NCBI GenBank assembly: GCA_963754925.1
Contig: CAVWHX010000003.1
Location: 160,001 to 224,000 of the forward strand
Direction of reading: 5' to 3'
Length of the DNA: 64,000 bases
Source: an uncultured delta proteobacterium
GTDB taxonomy: Bacteria; Myxococcota; B64-G9
Translations under genes and position numbers: made by a program
Part shown: piece by piece, positions 19,931 through 31,292 of the stretch
Layout: each line of letters starts with the position of its first letter
Position numbering within the stretch: the stretch's first letter is position 1
Notes under the pieces: generated by a model
Told to the model about the DNA's origin: nothing
The model's input: only the letters and a program-made list of their open reading frames with translations
Databases searched by the model: none

Positions 19931-21580
19931 ATGGACCAACACCTGTCGATTGCCGCACGCATTGATCAATTGCTGCACAGACATGGGTGCATGTTTTTTA
20001 ATTCGGCCCGCCGGCGGATTATCGAAGAGGTGGTGACTAACCGCGAGGCGCTGATTTCAACCTGCGGCGCACTCGCCACGTGGGGCACACCCGACTCAGT
20101 CGACTACGGCGCTGATGCCGCGGTCATCGTACGGCGCGCTGACAACGAAAGCCTCATCCATTGGGACTCGCCGAACAATCGTTCGATTACCGCCGAGACG
20201 TTCGACCTGTTGGTCGATGACGCGCTCGAAAACCTAACCCGCGGTGAAAAGCTGTTCGTTTTCGATCGCGTCGTGGGTGCAGACAGCAACTGGACGTTGC
20301 CGCTGCGGGTGATAACCGGTTCGGCGCTCACCGCGCTCGTGACCGACACCCTATACCGGCCGGCCCCTCCGGATTTGAAACGCAGCATTTTCTACCGTCA
20401 GACATTCACCATTCTCGCCCTACCGGGTTACCGGCTTGACCCCAACCGCTACCAAAACCGGTTGCCGACGGATCCGCGCACCGGAAAACCGAGCACCGTG
20501 GTAGTGGCCATAGACCTCGAGCGCCAGCTCGGTATTCTGTTCGGGTCAGCCTACAGCGGCAACCTCAAACACGTGGTCTTCTCGGTTATGAGTTATGTAC
20601 TACCGACGCACGGCATCCTGCCGCTCCATGCTGCCGCCAGCGAGGGACGAGCCAGTGACATCACTCTTTTGCTCGGACCGTCGAGTACGGGTAAAACCAT
20701 CCTTTCGATCAATGCCCAGCGGTCCCTCCTGGGCGACGATCAACAGGGTTGGAGCGGACAGGGAGTGGCCTGTTTCGAGGCGGGTTGCTATCCTTCGCTC
20801 GCCGATCTTGACTCACCGACGTCACCTGAAATCTTCCAGTCCCTCTTCCGTACGGAAGACTACCACGAGCACGGTGGCCTGATCGAAAACGCCCTCTTCT
20901 ATCCCAGCGGCACGTTCGACCTGCACGATCGGCGGCTTTCGGGCAATGCACGCGGCTTGTTTCCCGTACGGCTGTTGACTAACGTCAAGGAGCCGCCGCT
21001 CGGCGCCCACCCAAAAACAATATTCCTGTTGACCGCGGACGCCCAAGGAGTGTTGCCGCCGGTTGCATGCCTTACGCACGAGCAGGCGGTGCTGTGGTTC
21101 CTCATGGGATACACGAGCGTGATAACGCACAACGAGGGGAACGCGCTACCAACTCGGACCGTCTTCTCTGCGCCGCGTTTCATATGCCACCCCGCGCAAT
21201 ACGCCACGCTATTTGCCGATAGGCTCAAGCACGCCGAATCGGACGTATACCTCATAAACACCGGCTTCACCGGTGGTCCCTGTGGCGTCGGTAACCGTAT
21301 CACCGTACAGCTTACCCGGACGATCGTACAAGCCGCGCTCGACGGCGTCCTGAGAGATATACCCCGTGACTATGAACCCATTTTCCGGCTGAGCATTCCC
21401 CGGACCTGTCCGGGTGTCCCTGAACCGAGTCTCCTGGTGCCCAAGAACACGTGGTCCAACAAAGCCGCCTATGACACGTGCGCTCTGAAATTAGCCCGGG
21501 AGTTCTCAACGCATTTCGATCGCATGTATGAGCACAAAAACCTTTCCCCGGCCGTCCGCGGCCAATGTCCAGGATTGTAG
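19931..21580 (+). CDS. ATP-dependent PEP carboxykinase homolog with divergent catalytic motifs
   Basis: PckA-like order of motifs: GPSSTGKT, LLGDD, FEAGCY, LTADAQGVLPPV, FLMGYT, YLINTG. Confidence 0.85.
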   Translation: MDQHLSIAARIDQLLHRHGCMFFNSARRRIIEEVVTNREALISTCGALATWGTPDSVDYGADAAVIVRRADNESLIHWDSPNNRSITAETFDLLVDDALENLTRGEKLFVFDRVVGADSNWTLPLRVITGSALTALVTDTLYRPAPPDLKRSIFYRQTFTILALPGYRLDPNRYQNRLPTDPRTGKPSTVVVAIDLERQLGILFGSAYSGNLKHVVFSVMSYVLPTHGILPLHAAASEGRASDITLLLGPSSTGKTILSINAQRSLLGDDQQGWSGQGVACFEAGCYPSLADLDSPTSPEIFQSLFRTEDYHEHGGLIENALFYPSGTFDLHDRRLSGNARGLFPVRLLTNVKEPPLGAHPKTIFLLTADAQGVLPPVACLTHEQAVLWFLMGYTSVITHNEGNALPTRTVFSAPRFICHPAQYATLFADRLKHAESDVYLINTGFTGGPCGVGNRITVQLTRTIVQAALDGVLRDIPRDYEPIFRLSIPRTCPGVPEPSLLVPKNTWSNKAAYDTCALKLAREFSTHFDRMYEHKNLSPAVRGQCPGL

Positions 21581-21755
21581 CTACGCCATGGTTAATACGT
21601 TATTAATCGTTGTGGCATTCTTCACCTCGCAACCATACGGAGCTCTTGCAGCTCCAAAATGATAGGTCGAAAAAACAATTTTACTTGACCCGTTCGCCAT
21701 ACTGCTCGACGATGAGTGGTTGGCGGTCCAATGATGGACCGAGGGAGGAATCACC

Positions 21756-22424
21756 TTGGAAGATCTCGCGTCGTTTGTCACCGCTGTCCTCAAGCCCCTC
21801 TTCGGCGAACCTCACTTTGGATTATTCTTATTTGTTTGGTTTTCGGCCATTTTCCCACTGGCACTTCCTGAGGAGGCGTTTACCCTCCTGGGCGGCGCCT
21901 GTATGGCCCAAGGAATCTTGTCGCTCTACTGGGGTCCCCTGGCAATCGTCGGCGGCATTATCATCACCAATGTAACACAGTATTGGATGGGCCGTGGGGT
22001 GCTCAAACTGTTTTCGGGCACGCGCGTCGGCAAACACATCATCCGTTCACGCAGTTTTAGGCGCGCCAAGGACAGTTTTCACCGGAAAGGAATCTGGGCT
22101 ATCGTCGGGTGTCGGTTCTTTTTCGGCACCCGCGCCCCGACGTACGTTGTCACCGGTTTTTTGCGCTACCACTTCTGGAAATTCTTCGCCATTGATTCAT
22201 CGGCCTCCGTCGTACACGGCATGTCCTTCCTGGTCATCGGCTATTTGTTTCAGCAGCAAATTCAGTCGCTTCTCGTTGTTATCAAGCAACTAGGCATCTG
22301 GAGCCTAGTGATATTAGTCGCCGTGCTCGTCTTGTTCTTTTTCCTGAGGCGGTTTCTCGATCAAAAGCGCGAGGATCGCGAACTGTCCTATCGGGAAGGA
22401 AACACCCCGCCCAGCTCTCCGTGA
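21756..22424 (+). CDS. DedA/VTT-family membrane protein
   Basis: LPEE motif, YWMGR, RFFFGTR, multiple TM segments. Confidence 0.85.
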   Translation: MEDLASFVTAVLKPLFGEPHFGLFLFVWFSAIFPLALPEEAFTLLGGACMAQGILSLYWGPLAIVGGIIITNVTQYWMGRGVLKLFSGTRVGKHIIRSRSFRRAKDSFHRKGIWAIVGCRFFFGTRAPTYVVTGFLRYHFWKFFAIDSSASVVHGMSFLVIGYLFQQQIQSLLVVIKQLGIWSLVILVAVLVLFFFLRRFLDQKREDRELSYREGNTPPSSP

Positions 22425-22477
22425 TGGCGAAACCCGCAGGGCCCGGCGGGAACTCTCCACGACACACGATAGCGCGC

Positions 22478-23365
22478 CTAGGCGCGCCCTTTTTTCATTC
22501 GTGCAAGGTACGACGGTACAACCTTTTGCGAATCGAGACCAAGTAAGTTTGTTACCTGGCGCAAATAGCCACGAACATAGACGTCGGCAGGAAGATCGGC
22601 GTACTTTTCGTTTTCAAAGGCCCTGAGATAAAAGATGTTGATCTTAGTGATGTCGCTGATGCGCTCAAGGGTGAGCCCCCGCGCCTGGCGCACCTGGGCG
22701 AGCAACGAACCCGTGAACTCGGTTTGTTCATTAATCTCGGGCATCGGCGGGTGCGAAGCTGCAGCCGGAGCGCACGCCGGGGGTGTTGACGACGCGGGTG
22801 GCGCGGAGGGCGGCCGAGCCGATGAGGACGGCGAGGATGACGCCGGGAACGCCATCGTGGTCGAAATGGTCTCAACGGTTGGACTCGGCGACCCTTGAGC
22901 AGACATGCTTGGGTCAGCGCTCGGCTGGTGCACAATGCTTGCCTCGGGCGCGAGTTCAATCGGTTGGGTATTGACGAAGGGCGCATCGAAACTTTGGACC
23001 TCAGGCAGGAGCGTCTCGCTCGCGGCCTCCCCTGACGCTTCTGCGAGCACCACCGGCGCCGGGGATACCGCGGCGATGGCGTCACCGCTTTCGGCGTCCT
23101 GCGTTTTGACCCAACCCGGTTCATGCTGAAGAATTTCACGATCGTAGAGAGCGCGGCGCTCAGGGTTGTTCAGCACCCGGAAGGCTTCTTCGATCCGCCG
23201 ACGGATGAGATTAAGCTCTTCGGGTTGGAACAGGGCGTAGGTGGCCACCGAGTCAGAGCTATAGACCCGGCGCGCTTGCTGATAGGAGACCTCGATCTCC
23301 TGCTGGCTTGCATGAGGCGTTATGTCCAATAACTCATAAAAATTTTGCTCACGGAAGTCCTTCAT
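22478..23365 (-). CDS. J-domain-like N-terminus + Pro/Ser linker + RodZ-type HTH protein
   Basis: NFYELLDI..AS..EI, IEEAFRVLNNPERRALYD; C-terminal GLTLERISDITKI...LPADVYVRGYL. Confidence 0.8.
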   Translation of the reverse strand: MKDFREQNFYELLDITPHASQQEIEVSYQQARRVYSSDSVATYALFQPEELNLIRRRIEEAFRVLNNPERRALYDREILQHEPGWVKTQDAESGDAIAAVSPAPVVLAEASGEAASETLLPEVQSFDAPFVNTQPIELAPEASIVHQPSADPSMSAQGSPSPTVETISTTMAFPASSSPSSSARPPSAPPASSTPPACAPAAASHPPMPEINEQTEFTGSLLAQVRQARGLTLERISDITKINIFYLRAFENEKYADLPADVYVRGYLRQVTNLLGLDSQKVVPSYLARMKKGRA

Positions 23366-24347
23366 GTTCCGACCACCGATCGAATCCTTTGATTTCGTTC
23401 AGCCGCGCCATCACCGCCCGGGCAATCGCCCAAAAGCTCCTGGCGATGCTCGTATCGGGGTTGTCCTGTATGAACGCCGAGCGGCTTCGCACCGCCCGCC
23501 AAACCGAATCTTCATAATCGATGTGCCCGAGATAGTCCAGGTCTATCCCGAAATACTTCTGACAAGCGGCTCGGATCGCGATGCCCAGTTCCTCGTCCTC
23601 GCGCGAACGTACCTGGTTAATGACGAGCAGCGGCCGAAAGCTCAACATCCAAGCCTGATAGGTTTCTCCGCGTTCGGGGTCCATCTTCGAGACCGCTCGA
23701 ATCAGGTCGTACGGCGTCCGAATGCCTAACTCGTTGCGATTCTCCATGGCATCGTCGATTACTCGCCGAAACGGCAGGCTCTTCTCCCGCTGGCGCAACA
23801 AACGGTAGAAAGCGCTTTTGATGAAACGATAGCTATTCTCCAGCGAGGTGGGCTCCGGTACCATCATGACTATTCCCAGATCCGAGACGAGAAAGAAATC
23901 CAGCACATTGAACGACGTTCCGCCGCCGAGGTCCATGAGGACCACATCGGTGTTGATGCGGCACACCTGCCGTAGCATGCGCATCTTCTGCGTGTACTTA
24001 ATGTTAGCCGATCCCAGAAAATCCTGGGCCCCGCTGATCAGGCCCAGCCCCTCGACGCCGGTCTCGACGATCACCTCTTCTATTTTTTGAACTCGACGCT
24101 GAACAAAGTCACTGAGCGAAACATCCGGGAAGTCAATTCCCAGACAGGTATGCAGATTGCTACCCCCGAGGTCCGCATCAACCAACACAACTTTCAAACC
24201 GGCCTTGGCGAGGCAGATCCCCAAATTAGCGGTAAGGAGGGTCTTGCCGATGCCGCCCTTACCGCCGCCAATAGAGATCACCGCAGCGTCTTTGCCCTGC
24301 ACGCTTCGGCGTGGAACATCAATATCGGTCTGCGTTTCACTATTCAT
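23349..24347 (-). CDS. MinD/FlhG(FleN)-family P-loop ATPase
   Basis: Deviant Walker A GGKGGIGKT, DADLGGSNLH, PEPTSLENSY. Confidence 0.88.
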   Translation of the reverse strand: MNSETQTDIDVPRRSVQGKDAAVISIGGGKGGIGKTLLTANLGICLAKAGLKVVLVDADLGGSNLHTCLGIDFPDVSLSDFVQRRVQKIEEVIVETGVEGLGLISGAQDFLGSANIKYTQKMRMLRQVCRINTDVVLMDLGGGTSFNVLDFFLVSDLGIVMMVPEPTSLENSYRFIKSAFYRLLRQREKSLPFRRVIDDAMENRNELGIRTPYDLIRAVSKMDPERGETYQAWMLSFRPLLVINQVRSREDEELGIAIRAACQKYFGIDLDYLGHIDYEDSVWRAVRSRSAFIQDNPDTSIARSFWAIARAVMARLNEIKGFDRWSEHEGLP

Positions 24348-24489
24348 CTCAGAAATCTTTCGGTTTTTCTGCTTGCCGAGCCTTTTCCAGCCAAGCTGGA
24401 ATGGGTTGACAGTATTAATCTTTCCAAGAGAGGTCAAGGGGAAAGGTAGGAGGCTTCTCGGTTATCGGCATGGTGAGAATGCCGCGCCG

Positions 24490-26176
24490 TCATTTCTTCT
24501 CTTTAAAGAGATCCTCCTCGCGCAGGATCCGGCGCAGAGCCTTACCCACCGCCGAGCGCGGCAACGCGTTGCGGAATTCAAAGAGCTTGGGAACCTTGTA
24601 CGCCGCGAGCTTTTCCTTGCAGTGCGCAATGAGTTCTTCTTCCGTCACCGTCGCGCCGGTTTTGAGGACAATGAACGCTTTCAACGTTTCACCACGGTAT
24701 TCGTGCGGGATACCCACACATATCGCGTCCGCCACCTTCGGATGGTCCAGGAGAACCCGGTCGACCTCCTGCGGATAAACGTTGTATCCTCCCGCTATAA
24801 TCAAATCCTTGGTGCGGTCAACGATAAAAATATATCCGTCCTGATCCATGTAAGCCACATCGCCGGTACGGAGCCATCCGTCAACCATTTGTTTCGCGGT
24901 TTCCTCCGGATTGTTCCAATACCCCTTCATGACATACGGTCCCTTGATAAGGATTTCTCCCGGTGTGCCCCGCGGCACGTCCTTGCCGGTCACGGTGTCC
25001 ACGATGCGTATATCGACGTTGCAGAGCGGTATGCCAATGCTGAGCGGTTTCACGATGCCGTTTACCGGAGTGGATATGCCGACCGAGGTGGTTTCGCTCA
25101 TGCCCCATCCTTCGCCAAACCACACCTGCAGGTCCTGGAGCTTCTCGATAAGCGCCAGCGGACAAGGGGCGCCGCCGCTGGTGACCAGCCTAATCTTTTT
25201 TGAAAGGTTTAATTCTTTGGCTCTTGGATGCCTGAAAATGGCCGCCAGCATCGTGGGAACGGCAGCGAAATACGTGATTTCATCAAACTTGGACAAGGTA
25301 TCAAGCACCTCCTCGATCTCAAAACGCGGCAGGATAATCTGCGTCGCCCCGCAGAAGATGCTCCAGCCCATCTGGCAGACTTCGCCGAAAACGTGAAAAT
25401 ACGGCAGCACGCAGAAGCTCGTCCGTTTGAGCGCGGGGTATTCAGCGTTAAAATTGTTGCCCCAAATAAAGACCTGATGAATGGCGGCCACGATATTGGC
25501 GTGCGTGAGGACCGCGCCCTTGGGAATGCCGGTCGTGCCACCGGTGAACTGAATCACGGCCGTATCGTCCGCACGTACCTCCACACGCGGCCTGACGCCA
25601 TTGACGCAGCCGTCAAGGAGATCCGAGTAATGATGCCAGCCCTGCTCGAGTCCCAGCGACGCGGCCGTGCTGCGCGGCGCACCCTTGACGAAATCGGTAA
25701 TGGAGGTCATGATCACCCGTGGGATTTCGACCTGCGTCGTCAGCTTCTTTATCGCGGGCGTCAGCCGATCGAACGTGATCAGGCACGAAAGACCGGTATT
25801 TTCGGCTATGAACTTTAAGCTCATCCACCGTGCACATCGGGTTCATGTTGGTGACGACGGCGCCAATGCTCAGCACGGCCCAGAACGAGATGACGAATTG
25901 GGGCGAGTTCGGCAGAAGCAGGCCCACCCGATCCCCTTTTTTCACCCCTATCTGGATCAGGGCGTTGGCGAACCGATTCACCGTGAGGTACAGGTCCCAG
26001 AAGCTGGTTTCGGTACCGTAAAACCAAAGAGCGCTTTTGTCGGGAAAGCGGCTGGCGCTATGAAAGAGAATTTGCGGCGCTTCAAATTTTGGGAAATTGA
26101 TTTCCGGCGGCACCAAATAATCATAATTTACTATCCATGGTCTTTTCTCAAGCAGATCTATTTGTGTATCTTTCAT
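24490..26176 (-). CDS. Long-chain fatty acid--CoA ligase (extra base near 25815 splits the ORF)
   Basis: FTGGTTGIPKG, EGWGMSET, LRTGD, AVGK; two ORFs join as ...VDELKFIAEN if one T is removed from the TTT at 25814-16. Confidence 0.88.
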
Positions 26177-26381
26177 GTCCCAACCCTCCCGTTATGAAGC
26201 AGATGACCCCGAAAGGAACTCGATAATATTTTCCCTTCCTCTCTTTTTCGATTCTTTGATACAACTGACCCATACCCGATTCGAGACTGCGCTCGAATCG
26301 AGTACGTGATTTAGTTCGCAGTCCTTGGTGCCATAACAACTATTGACTACCATATGGTGGTACTTAAGGCATAAAGAAACT

Positions 26382-28550
26382 ATGGATCTGGGTGTACAAA
26401 GTGGATTGTTAGGCGCCATTGTTTCGGTAGCTGTCGCCGTCTCGGTCATTTTGCGGGGACGAAAGGCTCTGGTCAACACCTTATTTGTGGTGTTTTGCGC
26501 CAACCTCTTTGTGCATTTCTTTGCAACCTTTTTCCATCATTACTCCGGCCGCTCGTTTTCGGTCGAAGTTAATCTAATCGGATCGGCCTTTTTGCCGGTA
26601 ACCACCCAGCTCTTTTTCGCCTACTTTCTGTGGCTGGAGCCGATCTTTCCCCGTCCCTTTTTGCGGACTTCGTATGTGCTTACGGTGGCAACGGTGGCGT
26701 TTCTGATCACACCCTGGAGCCACTACACCGTTTCCTATGTTCTGGTGACTGCCTACGTGTTTGTTTCGCTCTATCTGTGCGCTTTTTTTGTCATCGCCCG
26801 TTACCGTGAGATCTCCTCAAAACGGGACCGCATTCGCCTGCGGTACTTGCTGGTGGCATTGCTGTGCGCCGCGACCTTTTCGCTGCTCGGAATTCTCCCG
26901 ATAGCTTTTGACTTCTTGGAGACCTGGGGCAACGTGGTCTCAATCCTGTTTCTGTACTTTGTCTCCGAAAGCTTGCTGAGCTACCGCCTACTGGACCTGC
27001 AAGAACTTCTGGGCCGCGGTTTGGTGCTGACGGCGGTCGCCATAGTCCTGGCGGCGGTGTTTGGGGTATTGGTGCTGGTGGCCGGCGGCTTTCCCGAGGT
27101 ATCTCTGTTTCAGACGTTTGTAGCTTCGTTCATAATTCTCATTCTATTCGAACCGTTGCGCGATAAGCTCGTCGGCAGCACGAGCCGGTTGTTTTTCCGA
27201 GAACGCCTCGAACTGCGGCGGGTGCTGGAAAAACTGCGCCGGGAAATTGCCAATATCCTTGATGTCGATCTTATGGCTACGGTCATTCTTGACACCCTCT
27301 ATGAAAACCCGCCGACCGCCAACACCAGTATCTACCTCCTCGAAGAAGGCGGCGCGAGCTACCGGTTGATCGGCCACCGGGGGGTCCCGCCCCCCGACCG
27401 CATGGACGTGGCGGCGCATCGGTCGTTTTTTGATCAGATTAAAAAGACCCCGACGGTCTTGCTGCGTGAGACCTTTGAGCGCCATTTGATTGATCATGAC
27501 GTCATCTCAGAACCCACCGGAGACACCAAGCACGCGCGAGCGGTGCTGGAAACCATGTCCGTACTCCATACCGGCATCTGCATCCCGTTCATCGGAAAAA
27601 ACGAGGTCTTGGGACTGCTCAATCTGCTCGACGAATCGAGTGCCGAAAGCTTTTCAACCGAAGAAATCGCCCGCATGATGGCCATTGGCGAGCAAGCGGC
27701 TATCAACATCGAAAACTCCAAAAACTTTGAGAAGATGCGCGAGCGCGATCGCCTCGCGGTGCTCGGCGAAATGTCCGCTGGGTTAGCACACGAGATCCGC
27801 AATCCTCTCGGCGCCATCAAAGGCGCGGCCCAGTATCTGGATCCAACGTCGGTCGGCGAGGATGCGGCCGAGTTTTTGAAGATCATTATTGAGGAGACCG
27901 ATCGACTCAACCAAGTCGTCAACCAGTTTTTAGATTACGCCCGGCCGTATCAAATCCATCGCCTGCCAACCGACGTCAACGAGGTCATCACCCACTGCCT
28001 GCGGGTGGTACAGGCCGGTCTAGAAGGTAAGCGGATTCAGTGCGCCAGCGAGTTGCAGGCGGATCTGCCACAGGTGGAATCCAACAGCCAGCTACTGACC
28101 CAGGTGTTCCTCAACTTAATGACGAACGCCGTCGATGCGATGCCCGATGGCGGAACGTTGACCGTGCAGACGAGATATCGACTGTTGAGCCCGGCCCTCC
28201 GGCTGCGCGGCACCGCCGAGCGGACCGGCCGTATCGAGATCGACATCCAAGACACCGGCCGCGGTATCCCGCCCGAGTCGCTACAGCACATTTTCGTCCC
28301 CTTTTTCACCACCAAGGAGCGGGGTACGGGATTAGGCCTGGCAATCTCCCAACGGATTGTCGAGCAACATGGAGGCGAGATTCAGGTCAGGTCCCAGTTT
28401 GGCAAGGGTTCAACCTTTACCATAGTTCTCCCCTGCCCGGCTGAGTCCGCCAAATCGCCGAGCGCTTCGGTGCAGAACGCCCGTCCACCTGCCGAGCAAC
28501 TCAGTGAACCTCCCGACTTGCTGTTTCCCGGCCAGCGTGTTAGGGAGTAG
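26382..28550 (+). CDS. Membrane sensor histidine kinase (multi-TM + GAF + HisKA + HATPase)
   Basis: LAHEIRNPL H-box, NAVDAM, DTGRG, PFFTTK, GTGLGL. Confidence 0.93.
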   Translation: MDLGVQSGLLGAIVSVAVAVSVILRGRKALVNTLFVVFCANLFVHFFATFFHHYSGRSFSVEVNLIGSAFLPVTTQLFFAYFLWLEPIFPRPFLRTSYVLTVATVAFLITPWSHYTVSYVLVTAYVFVSLYLCAFFVIARYREISSKRDRIRLRYLLVALLCAATFSLLGILPIAFDFLETWGNVVSILFLYFVSESLLSYRLLDLQELLGRGLVLTAVAIVLAAVFGVLVLVAGGFPEVSLFQTFVASFIILILFEPLRDKLVGSTSRLFFRERLELRRVLEKLRREIANILDVDLMATVILDTLYENPPTANTSIYLLEEGGASYRLIGHRGVPPPDRMDVAAHRSFFDQIKKTPTVLLRETFERHLIDHDVISEPTGDTKHARAVLETMSVLHTGICIPFIGKNEVLGLLNLLDESSAESFSTEEIARMMAIGEQAAINIENSKNFEKMRERDRLAVLGEMSAGLAHEIRNPLGAIKGAAQYLDPTSVGEDAAEFLKIIIEETDRLNQVVNQFLDYARPYQIHRLPTDVNEVITHCLRVVQAGLEGKRIQCASELQADLPQVESNSQLLTQVFLNLMTNAVDAMPDGGTLTVQTRYRLLSPALRLRGTAERTGRIEIDIQDTGRGIPPESLQHIFVPFFTTKERGTGLGLAISQRIVEQHGGEIQVRSQFGKGSTFTIVLPCPAESAKSPSASVQNARPPAEQLSEPPDLLFPGQRVRE

Positions 28551-28597
28551 TACGATGCGTCCCCGTAAAAACGCTTTGATGGTGCAGGGAGCAGGTT

Positions 28598-29983
28598 ATG
28601 TCTGCGAAGATACTGATAGCCGATAATGAGCAGAATATCTGCAAGGTGTTGGCGGCAACCTTGCGGCGCGAAGGGTATGACGTGGTGACCGCGTCCGATG
28701 GCGACGAGGCAATTGGTCTCATTTCCTCGGGCACCATCCAAGTAGTGGTAACGGACTTGAAAATGCCCAAGGTGGACGGTTTGGAGGTCTTGCGGTACGT
28801 CCAGAAGACGTTCCCGCACCTACCGGTTATTATCATCACCGCCCACGGCACCGTCGACAACGCGGTCCAGGCCCTCAAGAGCGGCGCCTTCGACTACATC
28901 ACGAAGCCCTTCGAAAAATCTGACCTCATTCAGATCATCACCAAAGCAGTCAAGACCGAATCGCTTTCCCAAAAGGATTTTGCGACTATCCCCGCCGACG
29001 CCGGCCGCTACCGCATCATCGGGCAGACCCAGCGTATGAAAGATATCTACGACATCATCGAGAAGGTGGCCGACACCCCTTCGACGGTCATGATCACCGG
29101 CGAAAGCGGCACCGGAAAGGAATTAATCGCCGCGGCGCTCCACTACCATTCCCGCCGGCGGGAGCGCGCCTTTATCAAGATAAATTGCGCTGCCATTCCG
29201 CGTGAGTTGATGGAAAGCGAGCTCTTTGGCTATGAGAAAGGCGCTTTTACCGGCGCCGTGTCATCGAAGCCGGGCCGGTTTGAATTGGCCGACGGCGGGA
29301 CGTTGTTTTTGGACGAGATTGCCGAAATTCCGGTTGAGATGCAGGTTAAACTCATGCGGGCGCTGCAGGAAAGCGAATTCGAACGCGTGGGCGGCACCGT
29401 CACCATCCGGGTCGACGTGCGCTTGGTGGTCGCAACCAACCGAGACCTGGGTAAAGAGGTCGAAGAGGGACGCTTCCGCGATGATCTCTTCTATCGCCTT
29501 AACGTCGTCCCCATCCACCTGCCCCCCTTGAGGGAACGCCGCGCTGACATTCCGCTCCTCGTTGAACATTTTATCGGCAAGTACAACGCGCGCCTCAACC
29601 GCACCATAAAAGGCATCGCACCTGATGCGCTCAGCATGATTCTCAATTACCGCTGGCCCGGCAACATCCGTGAGCTCGAAAATGTCATCGAACGTTCGAT
29701 CGTATTTTGTGAGCGCGAAACCATCCAGGTCAAGAACCTCCCCGAGACGCTGTCGGAGCACCCTGCGCCAACCGCGCCCGGTGCCATCGCTGCTATGACC
29801 GAAGACAGCTCCATGAAGGATATTGTCAAGCACGCTACCGTAGAAATCGAGAAGAGCTTAATCGTTAAAGCTTTGGCCGAGACCAAGGACAATGTCACCC
29901 AGGCAGCCAAAAAACTGAAGATTAGCCGGAAGAGCCTTCAAAACAAAATGAAGGAGTTTGGCTTGCGGGGGACAGACGACTGA
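28598..29983 (+). CDS. Sigma54-dependent response regulator (NtrC family)
   Basis: Receiver [29 protein letters not shown]-terminal Fis-type HTH. Confidence 0.96.
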   Translation: MSAKILIADNEQNICKVLAATLRREGYDVVTASDGDEAIGLISSGTIQVVVTDLKMPKVDGLEVLRYVQKTFPHLPVIIITAHGTVDNAVQALKSGAFDYITKPFEKSDLIQIITKAVKTESLSQKDFATIPADAGRYRIIGQTQRMKDIYDIIEKVADTPSTVMITGESGTGKELIAAALHYHSRRRERAFIKINCAAIPRELMESELFGYEKGAFTGAVSSKPGRFELADGGTLFLDEIAEIPVEMQVKLMRALQESEFERVGGTVTIRVDVRLVVATNRDLGKEVEEGRFRDDLFYRLNVVPIHLPPLRERRADIPLLVEHFIGKYNARLNRTIKGIAPDALSMILNYRWPGNIRELENVIERSIVFCERETIQVKNLPETLSEHPAPTAPGAIAAMTEDSSMKDIVKHATVEIEKSLIVKALAETKDNVTQAAKKLKISRKSLQNKMKEFGLRGTDD

Positions 29984-30064
29984 CCAATACTCTTGACAGC
30001 CTCGCCGATTGCACTGTATTCAATTGCAAATTCAATCCGTTGCACATGATTGAGGAGGCACGCC

Positions 30065-31276
30065 ATGAGGTTCTGGCTCGGCATGATAGCGTTGCTGCCA
30101 GTGCTCATGCATCCCGCTGGAGGATATAGTGCTGAGATCACCGATGTGATTGACGCGGCCGACGATAACGATCCCTTTGATTTGAATATTGATGTACGGT
30201 TTCACTCAACCCTTGAACGCGCCAAAATAACCCGTGAGATAAGCGGCGGAAGTGGTTGGAAGAATAGTACCAATCCTGTCACCAATCAGCCCGATTACAA
30301 TGCGTTGCATTACCAAAATCAGATCTATTCTATGGACTATATGATCGAAATCGGCTTGTACCACGATCTCGAACTGTACGTGAACCTTCCGTGGATTATC
30401 AAAGACAACCGAAAAATAAGCTTGGTCGCCGATTATGGATCGGATCCCAAAACCCTCTATTACGGTTTATTTACCGAATCAGAAATCGCAAACCGTTCCT
30501 CCCCAAGCACCGAACGATCCGGCATCGGCGACGTTACGGTTGGGGTAAAGTGGGCGCCATTCAACAGCGAACGCGCCTACAGCGTAAGCACGTGGGTGAT
30601 TGGTCTTGATTACATCATCCCCTCCGGCAAGCTTGCCTACCCGAATGATATCATCGGCGGCAAAACCGGCGGGGTTGGGCTCGGGCACCATCAATTGGTT
30701 CCTTACATGCTTTTCTCCCACCGATTCAGGGTGCTTGATCCCTACTGCGGCATTCACGCTACCATTCCCATCCAGGGCGCCGAAGCCAAGGAAAAAGGCT
30801 TTGAAATACCGTACCATGGCGGATTTCTGGTCGGTATGGAAATCGTCCCGTGGGAAAATACCGCTACGCACATGAAGTTTGCGATTGATATTCGGTTCGA
30901 AAGCGAGTTCGTTGCCGGCATTCAAAACAGACCTTCTGCAAGTCCCCGCGGAACGGTCAACGAATTGAGTGATTTTCTCGATGCCCACACGAACGATGCG
31001 TCAAACCCGTTCGACGCGGGCAAGCGCCAACTTCAATCAACCAGCGAGTACGCCCAATTTGGCATATACCTCGGTTTCATCTTGAGAATTACGGAGTATG
31101 GGCAGTTGCGCGTTGGGGCAAGCCTGTCACATAATACCGAGCACTTCATCACCGGGACCGAAGGATCGACTGAAACCAATGAAAACGCTCCCGACTACAA
31201 TAACACCGGCAGCCGCTTCCGCGTCGAGGAAACCACCCTGGTTACCTACTGGGTGAATGGAACGGTTCTGTTTTAG
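30065..31276 (+). CDS. Secreted, putative outer-membrane beta-barrel protein
   Basis: GAGGAGG RBS, signal peptide, GIGDVTVGVKW-type amphipathic strands, terminal Phe. Confidence 0.6.
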   Translation: MRFWLGMIALLPVLMHPAGGYSAEITDVIDAADDNDPFDLNIDVRFHSTLERAKITREISGGSGWKNSTNPVTNQPDYNALHYQNQIYSMDYMIEIGLYHDLELYVNLPWIIKDNRKISLVADYGSDPKTLYYGLFTESEIANRSSPSTERSGIGDVTVGVKWAPFNSERAYSVSTWVIGLDYIIPSGKLAYPNDIIGGKTGGVGLGHHQLVPYMLFSHRFRVLDPYCGIHATIPIQGAEAKEKGFEIPYHGGFLVGMEIVPWENTATHMKFAIDIRFESEFVAGIQNRPSASPRGTVNELSDFLDAHTNDASNPFDAGKRQLQSTSEYAQFGIYLGFILRITEYGQLRVGASLSHNTEHFITGTEGSTETNENAPDYNNTGSRFRVEETTLVTYWVNGTVLF

Positions 31277-31292
31277 CACGCCCCTGGAGTCG

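Noticed and set aside
24157..25203. 348-aa plus-strand ORF (similarly 2757..3701, 31783..32637 and 39360..40031)
   Set aside because: Antisense shadows of well-supported genes in GC-rich DNA, with no recognisable motifs
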